A DNA stretch of 64,000 nucleotides from Eutreptiella sp. 'Long Island Sound 2002' (lineage: Eukaryota; Protista; Euglenida). Below the pieces are notes generated by a model. That model saw nothing but the letters and a program-made list of their open reading frames with translations, had not been told where the DNA came from and did no database searches. Of this stretch, positions 45,683 to 57,000 are shown one piece after another. The translations under genes and the position numbers were made by a program. The DNA is taken from NCBI GenBank assembly GCA_964036045.1, contig OZ038378.1, positions 171,554,001 through 171,618,000 of the forward strand, written 5' to 3'. Positions within the stretch are counted from its first letter, which is position 1; every line of letters starts with the position of its first letter.

Positions 45683-47059
45683 ATGAGGATCCTGCTTCGT
45701 TGGGCGCTTGTCTTGGCCTTATTCGTGACAACACACAGCGATAGTCTGTTCAAGCTGACGGCTCAGTCCCAGCACCGGGGCTTGGGAAGCGAGGTAAACG
45801 ACGTTGATGCCGCCCTCCGCCGCCTGATCTCCGCCAGGCATGGCCCTGGTCAAGCGGTTCTGTACCTGGACGCAATGTCGAGCTTCTACTCCCGAAGGGC
45901 CTTTCCGGTGTTAAAGGCTTTTGCGGAGCACTTGGATCTGGGGGAGGCGGACAAGGTCCCTGTCTACGTCCTCAATCAAGAGGACTGGGCGCCCGAGAGC
46001 ACTGTCTTTCACACATGGTGGACCGCACAAAACGCCACCCTTCCCGTTTTTGGCTTCACCAAGTACCGCGCCATCCTGCTCCTCCTCGAGAACGGCCGCG
46101 TGACGCGCGCACTCCAAAACTTTGTGGTTGGTGAGGGAGGCCCCGGGTGCGTGGCCGCCATTGCCTTGCGGGCGTTTGGGCGCACAGGGCACCCGTTGGT
46201 GAGGGATCCCGACGTGGGCAGCTACTGTGACGCCGTAGCAAACCACTCGGCTCGGGAGCAGGCAGGCGTGTGGATGGGCTCCTCCCTGGCGGGCTGGCGG
46301 CCGAAGCGCGTCCCATGGATGTTCCCTGCGTTTGGCGTGGACGATCATTGCATCTGGGCGTGGTCGCACGTGCCTCCCTCAGAGGACACCTCGTCTGATG
46401 GGGCCACGTGTCGAGGGGCGCTTCAAGGGGAGCTCACAGCGGAGGCTCCGGTTGTCGCAGCTTCAGGAATGATGGAAGAGGCTGGAGGTGAGGCTTCTGA
46501 AGCTGCTGCAGGGGCAGTGGGGGAAGCAGGTGCAGCAACAGGAGCTGCTGCTGCAGTGGGGAAAGCTGCAGCTGGGGCCACGGGCTCCCCCCCTGATTGT
46601 TGCTCCCGCCTGCCCTTTTGGATTCATCAGCTGCTGCAGCCCCCTGTGGAGCTGGTGCGGGACTGGGCGAACGCCCATGAGGGCGGTGCCGGGGCGTCCG
46701 TGGAGGACGTGGTTCGCAGGCACTTACAGCGCGCTGCTGCCGTGGGCGCCGCGACCCTGCGGCGTGGGCGGCCTCACGGTGACGCCAATGCGTGCTGGGA
46801 ACTCTCGTTGGGGCACCCGACGTATGCCTGCGAGTGTGCGCAGACCTGGTGGCGCGCGCTGGCACGGGATCCGGAGGATTTCGCGAGGTTGTTTGAGCCG
46901 CAGTGCGACTGCGGTGCGTACACTGCCGCTGGCACTGATTTGGACCGGCCGCCTGAAGCCAGCGAGGCAGTCCCTGTCACAGTCCTGTTGGTTCTGGGGT
47001 GTACATGTGCAGCTTTGTGGACAGGGAATGTAGTACGGCGTCAGGTCTTTGGTTCTTGA
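45683..47059 (+). CDS. Predicted secreted/type-I membrane protein with a thioredoxin-like domain (SxxS in place of CxxC) and a Cys-rich luminal region, 458 aa as unspliced ORF
   Basis: Uninterrupted GC3-rich ORF. N-terminal signal-like MRILLRWALVLALFVTTHS; VLYLDAMSSFYSRRAFPVLKAFAEHL..VPVYVLNQED..FGFTKYRAILLLLENGRV follows the Trx-fold pattern; C-terminal hydrophobic VTVLLVLGCTCAALW. The CDS is secure; the fold call is by eye. Confidence 0.75.
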   Translation: MRILLRWALVLALFVTTHSDSLFKLTAQSQHRGLGSEVNDVDAALRRLISARHGPGQAVLYLDAMSSFYSRRAFPVLKAFAEHLDLGEADKVPVYVLNQEDWAPESTVFHTWWTAQNATLPVFGFTKYRAILLLLENGRVTRALQNFVVGEGGPGCVAAIALRAFGRTGHPLVRDPDVGSYCDAVANHSAREQAGVWMGSSLAGWRPKRVPWMFPAFGVDDHCIWAWSHVPPSEDTSSDGATCRGALQGELTAEAPVVAASGMMEEAGGEASEAAAGAVGEAGAATGAAAAVGKAAAGATGSPPDCCSRLPFWIHQLLQPPVELVRDWANAHEGGAGASVEDVVRRHLQRAAAVGAATLRRGRPHGDANACWELSLGHPTYACECAQTWWRALARDPEDFARLFEPQCDCGAYTAAGTDLDRPPEASEAVPVTVLLVLGCTCAALWTGNVVRRQVFGS

Positions 47060-49168
47060 GGAGTCACCATCGGAGTTTGCTTGTGGTGTTGGGTCGTGGC
47101 TGAGGGGCTGCGTAGCAGTGGCTGAGGGGAAGGGTGGTATCCAGTGGAGTGGGCCTCTGCGGCCCAACGCCTGTTGTTGGGGCGTCTTTACTGGAACCAC
47201 CTCAAAACCACCAAACACTCAAAGCCCCACATGCACGAGCTAAAGGCTGCTGATAAACTTCACGAAACTGCATATCGCTCTTGGTCGGTGAACATAGCCC
47301 TTGGAAGCAGGAATCCAATGTCGCAGTCTCAGACTCAATGGTGGCACGTTTGGGTGCAGCTGAGAGAGAAGGGGGCTGAGAACAGCTCATGACAAAATGA
47401 CGATTAAACAGGACTGGCAAACACGATTTGTTGGTGGCGGACGACCTTTCAGTATCGACGTGCTTCCGTGTTTCTGTTCATGTGGGGAGAAGCCCACGCC
47501 TCTGCAGGTTCTGTACCCCAGGTTGAAAGGCGTCCCCTGCATCATTTTCTACCTGTGGCCCCCAAGAGGTTGGCCTGGCATTGGTCAGTCCCAGGGTTTG
47601 TTTTGCCGATCCTGGTCTGGCACGCAGCCGTTCCTGCCGCTGATGCCTGTCTTCCTACGCTTCCAATTCCCAACCCCCGCCTTCACGTCACCTTGACGTT
47701 GCGTCATGAGTTCTTGGCCCCGCGGGTAATGTACATACACCAGATCATTTGTGGCAGAAGTAGACAGGCCCCGAGTCTGTCCAGGCTGGGGCCCATGGCC
47801 CCGTGCACCGGTTATGTCATCTCCCTCATTGGGACTGTGACAGATGGTGGGCAATTTATGTGCCGCTGGTGCTGCTTGCATGAGGCAGGTGTATGTGCGA
47901 GGTGTGTCTGTTAGTGTTGGGCTGCACTGCACTGCGCATGCACAAACGGCGCCTCTAATACCACAGGTCATGCCGACCAGCTGGCGCGACGTATGACCTC
48001 CTAGTTGCTGGGAGTGGCAGCGGTTTGTTGATAATAGTAGTGGACCTTTGATGCAGGATTTGTTGTGGAGCTGCCGAGGTCCCCTGCCCTCCCCTTGAAC
48101 GCAATCCACCATTACAATTCCACCCCTCCCAAAAAAGTGGCACCAGGGTACAGGGGGGGGTGGGTGGGGGGGGGGTTCAAAATCAAACAATTCTTTGGGG
48201 GATCATTTTGTCTGCCAAAATGATGATTTTACAAGGGGCTGGAAATCCGACATCCCATTGGGGTATGCTGTGCGAATGACCCCTAAAAAGGCGGTATACA
48301 GCCCCACACCTGCGCTTGATCTAACAACCTCTCTTTGAGGTGGTTTTCCTTCTAGCGTCTTTGATGCAAATGAAAATGATAGTTCCTGCCAATTGAGCGG
48401 AGCACAGCGAAACAAAAATATTTCTTGTAAGTTTTCTTGCAGTGGGAACCTTCTCGGCGTGTACGGCGGTGGGGGCAGAGGCGGCGAGGGCAGCCGTGCC
48501 GGTCCTGGTTGGTATTGGTGCAGACTGTGGGCTTGACTCGCCTGCCCTTTGCCCACTCGGGGTGCAGCGGGATCTTCTTGCTTCAGGACAAACAGGAGCC
48601 CCTCACTATGGCAAGAGAGGCCGATGGGGCCGCTGAAGGATGGATGAAGGAGATGAAGGTGTGAGCAGGCACAAGACACCGCCATAGCGAGCTGTCCGGA
48701 GCCTCTGGACCCAGGAGGAACAATACAGCGATGGTGGAACGAGCAGGCACAAGACACCGCCTCAGCGAGCTGTCCCGTGCCTCCGGGCCCGGGGAAAGAG
48801 GGTTGAGGCTACATATGGCACATGGCACATGGCACATGGGAGATGGACCAGATGAGATCATATAGGGGAATGAGATGGGGGTTGACGAATGTTGTCACAT
48901 GAGGGTGAGTTAGGAACAGCATACGCATGATGAAAGAATGTACAAAAGGTTCCCTCTTCGCAGGACCTAGGGCAGATTCAGCCCACAGCGTCTCTCTGGG
49001 ACGCGTGGCCGATAAGGCATACCCTGATGGTTGCATGTACCACTACTGGGAATCTGAGGGACAGTTTTATTAAACGCCCCGGACAGACCAGCATGTACTA
49101 CCATTATGGACCTGGCTTTGCCATGTTTCCGCTCCCCACTGGGGCCATTTTATGGACTGGCGGAGCTA

Positions 49169-49375
49169 CCCCCCCCCCCCCCTTGTATAAGCTACGCCCT
49201 TGTCCAAGCTACAGTAGGTAGCTCCGCCGCGTGATACTTGCTGATGGAGGGCATAGGTCTGTCGGTGGGGACCTATTGCTGAACTTTCCACTGTTCTATG
49301 GCCAAGCTACAGTAGGCGTAGGGACCGTAATAATTCCGTACATTGGCGTAGCTTATACAAGGGGGGGGGGGGTGG
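49169..49375. mobile_element. 207-bp MITE with poly-C/poly-G termini
   Basis: (C)14-ttgtataagctacgcc and ggcgtagcttatacaa-(G)12 are exact inverted repeats; TA on both flanks (one T interrupts the G-run). Confidence 0.8.
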
Positions 49376-50435
49376 TACAAAAAAAAACAAAAATATTTTT
49401 TGTACTGAGAGGTGGCAGTTTGTTTCCAACCATGGATTTCATCCTGCATGGTGGTGAGCAGGGAGTGTCTGTCCCGTGTGTGTCCTGCGTGTGGGCGACA
49501 GGCATGATAACACATGCAAAGCAAGCCAAAGAGTGAAGTTCTTTTGCGAATCAAGGCGTACAAATCGCGAACCCCCCCCCCCCCCCCCAACTCTGTGATC
49601 GGCGGACATTGGCTCAAACAGTGGACAGTAGGCGGTGAAGGCCGTGGGGAGCAGGCGCGGCTGGAGCCTAATCCGGACATTGCAACCTGACCCATTGCAG
49701 CCCAACTCTGTGCCAAATACCGTGCACCACATGCAATTGCTGACCCATGCGTGCCGCAACGGCATCCAACCGCAGAGAGTCAAAGTGCACGTCTGATTGC
49801 GTGCACAGTTACACGCAGAACGAAGGTGTTGCGCGTGCGCACAGAATGCATACCCCCACAAAAATGGGAAAATCAAGGATTTGAACACAGCCCCAGCGCC
49901 CACAGCCATGCCGATCCCGCTTTTTTTTGTTTGGTAGGAAGAAACATCACTCCCTTTGCCACTGGACCCCCTCCCCGAATGATGGATCATGGATCGAGCC
50001 ATTGGCATAGGGGGCCAGGGTGACCATGTGGGTGGGGGGCAGGGGTCTCTGTGAATCAAAAAGGTGGTGGCAGCGGTGTCCAACAAAGCGGTTTGTTGCA
50101 GCCACCCCTTCAGAGTGGTGATACAACATAAGCCCCCTTCCCTTCCTGCTGCGTGGGTCATCCTAATGTACTTTGGAAGACATTTATCTCAGTGACAAAG
50201 CACTGTATTCGGCGCTTGAAGCGCTGCCTGATTTTTGGTTTTGCCTTCACCCTGAAAGACCGTTGCAGCATCAAATGCCATGTTGGCACGGAACATGTGT
50301 TTTGCCAACCATAAAGCACATTGATGCCATTGGGCACCTGCTGCACACCTTTGATTCTGTCATGCATCACCCAACCCAGCCATGGACATGGCTGCATTGC
50401 CTCATCATGTTTTCAGGCTCAATACTGTTGCCCAC

Positions 50436-50991
50436 ATGAATATGACCTCTCTGTTTGTTGGCGATGCCAATACCTACCCCATATGGAAGGGGTTTCGTTT
50501 CAGGTGCCCATTAAAAGAGCAACTGTACATTGCGCGGGCATCACGCTCGGTTTTTCCTCTGTGCCGGGTTTGGTGCGTGCTTCATTTTATCTTTGCAATC
50601 GCCATCCCATTAACGGTCTACACGCAGCACCCGGCAATCTCCTTCGATGCTGCCTTCTTCTGGCCGCACATTCCACCGGGTGCCATCCCCTTCATCACCT
50701 TCCTGGTGTTGTCCATCCCTGCGGCTAGGGAGTACACGCCGTTGATCATAAGCATCGCAGTCGTGTTGACGTTGGCTGCGCTATGTTGGCTGACACATGC
50801 AAGTATTCCGATCTGGATGGATTTCCTCTACAGTGCACATCTCAATCTTGTCTGCGCCGTGAGTTCTCCAGAGGTGTGTGTCTGTGTGTGTGTGTGTGCG
50901 TTGAACATGCTTTGTCTTGTTTGACTGTCCAACTGACGAGGAACCTGACATTCGGACCCGGCTGTGTGCTGCTGGTCTGTTTGTTCGCAAT

Positions 50992-51024
<33 letters not shown>

Positions 51025-54000
51025 CAGTGTGTGTGTGTGTGTGTGTGCGCGCGCGCGTCTGTGTGTGTGTCTTGCTTTACTGAGCACTGCCTTACCCCGT
51101 ACTCAAAATGTACTGAGGTATATCTTGCGGGGAAAGATTTTTGTCCCAAACATTCCTCCGATTTTTGACCCAACACCGGTCCTCAGACTGCTCTTTCATG
51201 AAGGCCCTGACATCTCAGCCCCTTTTCCCCATAGTCATAGCGACGCCCCACAAAGTGTTGCTATGAGTAGCATTGGACATGAGGATGTCAATATCCTCAG
51301 CAGCCTAGCTGCTCAGACATTTGGCGCAAATGATATTGGACAAATTTGGTACAAGGAGACACTATTAGCACAGCTATCTGTGAAGAATGGTTTGTGTTCT
51401 CAACCTTGCAGGCAGTGCAAACAGTGTGGGACAACTCAGCACATCCGTGTAGTCGCCAAAGCCTGACTGCTCTTTCTCTGCCACTGTTAGGGTGGTGGCT
51501 ACAGCTACATGTACACAGCAGTCACAACCTTTGCCCCCCCCCCCCCCCCCCGACAAGACATGACCTACCCAGGCCCCACCATCGGGCCCTGGTGGAACAA
51601 ACATTGGAAGTACGCAACGACCTAGGCCCCGCTGGAGGGCCTTGGTGGAATAAACACTGGAAGTACATAACTACCTAGGCCCCACCACTGGAGCGCCCTC
51701 GTGGAACAAACACCTAAAGTTCATGGCTGCCTGTGCCCCACTGCTGGGCTGTGGTACACCAAGCACTGAAACAGCAGGGAAACGTAACTCCCTGGGCCCC
51801 ACTGAAGGGCTTTGGTGGAACAAGCACTGAAAGCACACAACTACCTAAAGCTCATGACTATTTGGGCCCCAATGCACGGCCCTGGTGTCTTGGGTGTATT
51901 TCAGGGTGACAAAGGGATGGGGTCTGTGTGGTGGAAACTTGCTGGCAAACCGAATCTGTCTTAATTGGTTTGCACCTCCACAAGCCACCCAATGACAGAG
52001 CTTCATGCAGGGGGCCACCGACTAGCAGTGGAGGATGGGCAGAATTGGGGAAGGTGCACCCGCCACCAAAGGCTGCCAGAATGAGTGGTAGCAAGAGTTG
52101 CACTAGGCAGCGATATGGGAGAAACTGATGGGGTGAGGGTTGTAACGATGAAAGGGGGAAAATGCTTTGCCAACAAGCGCTGAAGGAGGCCCGGCCCGCC
52201 CACCCGCGACAAGACCCGGCGGGAATGTGGTACTTACTGTTAGTCACTTCCATGTCACATGCCCAAAGCCATCGATGCACGTGTACCCTTGGCGTCTTCA
52301 TTAGAAGCACCATGGATACAGTTTAATTAAATCATATCCTACTGCTTCAGTAACAATAATCATCAAAATGCACAGCAATTGTTCATTGTGATGCAGATTG
52401 CGATAGATCATATTTTTCGTCCACGGATTGATTTTAGTACACATTATATTCTTTTTCAGAATCCAAAAATAAAATGACGAAAGGAAGGGAGCAACCATCA
52501 TCACCAAATGCTACTACACCTGCTAAAAAAATAGTTTCTGTGTTCGTGCGATCTATCATTAACACAATACAAACTATGGAAACATAATATAGATTGCAGC
52601 AAAACTTTACCTATTTTCCAAATAAACAGCAAATACAATCGGAAAGACACTAAAAAAAAAAGACAACATAAAGGAATCTGTGGCATTAGGCTTGTGACTA
52701 GGCTTGGGAAGGACTCGCTATGCTCCTCCTTCCCAAGCCTAGAAACACATGAAGTCTCCAAAATAACCGCTACAGTTTTCGATGCAAACTTGACACCACC
52801 GACGCAAAAAAGTTGGGTGTTTCTTCTGCCAAAGCCTGCAAAGAACAAAACTCACCTGCAATGCATGTCGGAGCAAGACATAGATCATGTTTGTTCCACT
52901 GCTTGAGGCTCGAGGATAGAACGTTGCTAGTTGTAGAAAGGTGTACGTTTAATTGGCACGGTTTCGTTCAAAATTGATAGCTACAAAAGTTGAGCCTGAA
53001 CTGATTTTTTTACAAGAACAGCAAGCGCCCGTTTCTTCTCTACTATAGCAATTGTTGAAGCCCCGAGCCCACTGCTTCTATTGGTTTTCGTTTTGTGCGT
53101 AGCAGAACCATTGGTTTGTTGGACCGCCGTTCATTCCCAGTCCCATGGCTTTCGGTAGGTGACTGCTACCAACACACGTGCAAAACCTCCAACCTACAAA
53201 ATACCTTAGTTATAGCACTTGACGAAGCAGACCACCACCCATTCTGAGGTCTGTGGGTCCGTTGTACACAACCATACCCGCTTTGGTTCGTGATGAATTC
53301 ATACCTAACCGCAGGAATGCTTTGTTGAACAGTCACTGCAAAAATTCTCAAAATGTTCGCTCACAGCGGCGCAAAAAAAGTGCCTTTTCGCGTAATTTTT
53401 GCGCCGAATATTTGGAGCTGCCAAATTATACCCCCCGGTCACTCTCTTCTACATCTCTCAACGATCGTAATGAGCTACTTTTCGAGGCCTAACTCAACAA
53501 CATGTCCAAATGCCGCCCAAAATACGCGACCACGCAACTTGAAAAAAGCGCCGAATGTCAAACCTCCGACGCACGAAACAGTTGCATTTTATAACCTCGC
53601 GGACCCAAATACCAACCCAACACGTGCTACACACCACAAAGGACCTTGATAAAAAAGGTTTGGCGCAAAGTGTATCCGGGGCTCCTCGCAGTAGCACTTC
53701 GGGGGAGACCCATGATGGCTGCAAAACGCACCCTGTTTTTAGCGCTGATAGCATGCTCCAAAACCCTCCACTTGACGGCTCCCGTTCTATGACCATACGA
53801 AGGCAGGCTCAAAGCCACATGGTACAGATCGAAGGGTCGCGGGAAAAAAAATTTAGCTCCAAACGAGCCGGTGGCGCCAAGATACGGCCGTTTCAGTGAG
53901 AACGATTTGGGCGAAAAATTGTATTTTTCCGATCGTGGTCCGTACGGAATTTCGCGCTGCGCGAATACAACCTTGAGTTATGCGGCTGCCCCCCGACCAA

Positions 54001-57000
54001 ACCGAAGCCCTACTGCCCGGGAGCTGTCCGGAGATGATGATGCCAAAATCAGGGCCAGATGAGCCACAAGCCGGCCGCTATTCCCGTCGCCAGATGACCC
54101 GCGTTTCGAAAATTGACGCTTTTTCACAACTTGAACCCTTCGCCAAACTGCGAAATCGGATCCGTTTTTCGAAATTCCAAATGCCATATGGATCGTTTTT
54201 CGATGCCGTTCACAAAAATGCAGTCGAAATTGGATTTCGTGAAATTTCATTTTTCGCGATTTTTTAAACGGATCTCCGGATTCTGGCCAGTAAAAAAAAA
54301 AGTGCCAAAATAACATTGTACGGCCCGACCTCCCATCCACAAATATACCTTCCGTTCATCCGAAACTTCGTCCGTTGCCAACTATACGGCAGGGCCAATC
54401 CGGCGGGATAATCATCGGGGTCAGCTTTACAGTTGAGCGTCGCAGGCGGCCGCGGAGCCCCTCCCCCGCGGCCGGACAGCTTTAGGCGGGCCTTACGGCC
54501 CCGGGGCAATAAAGATCCCGTAATGCAAAGGTAGCCTCTCCCCCTTCCCATGCATCTAAGCGACACAAGGCATGGATGCAGCCGGCGCTCAGGAGCCCAC
54601 GGGAGCGAGCGCCGAAGAGAGTGCTGGAGGGAGCCCCCCCCCGGCCCCCGCAAGCGGCCGTGCCGAGGAGTGCAGCATGTGGCCCTCCACGGGCGCGCGG
54701 GCACGGAGGCCACCTAACCGCCCACCCCCAGAGGTTCTGACCCAAGCGAGACCCTTAGTGGCGAACCTACCAGTCACCAGAAAGGCAGGCAACCAGACCG
54801 TCAGGACTGCAAGCTGGCCTCCATGTGACGGCACCGCAGGCAGCCACGGGGTCGGTGACCCATGCGGGCCCCCCTCCTTAATATTGTTCTACCCCTCTCC
54901 CCCTTCCCATGCACACACACAGTGCAACCCATGCCACCCCAGTCTCCCAAATAGATAAACTAACACGGATGAAATGTTAGGAACAAGGGGATGGCTATCG
55001 CTCATGCATGCTTCTTGATAGTGACATTCACACGACAGCAGAAATAGGTCAAGAGACTAGTTTGTGTTTCCATTTTGGTGCAAGCACCCACACCCGGGGT
55101 AACACCTCAGCTCTGTGGTGGGCTGTTGTGCACCCAGGGGGTTGGGTGGATCCTATTGTTGTTATTTTCGTCTCTTTTGCAGTCTTCCCACGTCTTATGG
55201 TGATGGACCCACCGTTCAAAACAGGTGTGGCAACAGGCCTCCGGGGTATCATGGAAAGTTGGGGTGAGCAGAGAAGTCCGCTGCTACGAACACCAACACC
55301 CACATCCACAGGTACACAGGGGCTCAATACCTGGTTGTCACAGCTCTTCCTACTAAGGGCCCATACATCTGTGTAGCTCATTGGCGCTGTCTTTTTCAGC
55401 CTACAATCATTGTGCCTCATGCACACTGGGAAGCCTACGGGCGTGGCAGTCTCCCACTGCATTTCCCATTACCTCCTTTCAGACTCAACTAATCCTCACT
55501 ACGTGTCAGATCCGCTACCACAGCCAATGTGTGATCATCGTAGCACTGGACAGCTCTGACCCTTGATTCCCAGGGGTCATCTCAAGTACTGTGAAGTGAG
55601 AGGGCTACACTAGCTCATCTTGGGCAGCACCCAAAAAAAATTGTAAAGTTCATAAGCCAAAGCAAAAAACAGTGTGTCCTCCATCTATTCCTCACCTTCT
55701 GACCCTCCCGGTGGATGGGTTAGTAATTTTCAATGCAGCACATAGGCTGTGTGAGCCTCCCCTCCTCCCTTCATCCTGCAGCACCTCAGCACCGGCAGCA
55801 ACTGGGTTGGATCCCTAATCTGTGATTGCAAAGCATTCCCTAGGGTGAACTGTTTGGGGTGGTTGGTGGTGGGTTCCAAAAGGTTCCAAAGTGGTCCAAA
55901 TTTTTTTATTTATTTGAGATGGAGAAGTGTTTGCAACACAAGCTACACATATCATTTATTCCTCTTTGTTTGTTCTGCAGCCATGCAATCGTTTTTCAAG
56001 GCCATGCTATATGTGCAATACCCTAGGCAGTGGTCTTCCTCCTTTTGCACCATTCTCATTGAGATTTAAACGCATTTAGGATGTGACTCAAGGGGGGCAT
56101 TTTGTGCGCCGTGCACAAAGTTTGTACAAGAACGTACCCAACCTACATAGCAGTGTTTTGTACCAATGACAATTAGCCTTGTTGTGCATTTATATGAGTT
56201 CCTTGCATGCCTAGCCCTCATTTGTGTTGCATTTGTGTGTGTTGTTGTGCATGTCACTCTAAAAGGGTACCCGATTCGGTGTCATGGTGATACATTCGGG
56301 TACCCCGTTCGGGAGCCTCCATTACTCTACTGTCTCTCAGACCTTCATGTCCACATCAATGGAAAGGGACGGCCGCGTGCGGTCCCCTTCACTGCCACCC
56401 TCTCCTAGGCAGCCCGCCCTTAGTCTCCTCGCATCACCAGAGGCTAAGCGGCGCGATCCCCTGCCATCGCGGCGACCGAATACACCGTCGAAAGCCCTAC
56501 AGACCTTGGGAGCATTTCCCTTCTTCCATTTGGCGCGACGAGGAAGCACCTGCTTTGGAGCCTGACTGGGATGATACGTATTTATGCCAATTGTGTGCAC
56601 ACAAGGAGACTTCAAAGTGTTGCCAATGCCATCTGTTTTTGTGCAATAAATGCATGGCTGATCACTCGTGTGACTTGCCAAATGATGAGCCGTGATTATA
56701 TTGTACTGTTTCTTGCGTTCAGACATTGAGAAAAACTGCAAATTTCGAATAATTTCACTTCAAATGTGTTCATTGTGCATGTGCTTCTCATTCTGTTGTA
56801 AGAAGCTGATGAGGATGCAATTTTGGGGCCTTGGGTGGCCTGGGGAGGGGGGTTGGGGTGAAACATCATATTGTGCAACATTGTGGTGCTCTAGAATGGT
56901 AGAAAAAGACAAAAATATTAGCAGTAGTAACAAAAACCCCCCATTTCCCCCTGCAATAGCCGCGCCGTGTGCGCGCTATGCGCGCGTTGTGCAATAACGC

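Noticed and set aside
50930-51466. Continuation of the kinase first exon or a separate gene
   Set aside because: The frame runs through (TG)n repeats after a good donor and has no recognisable domain.
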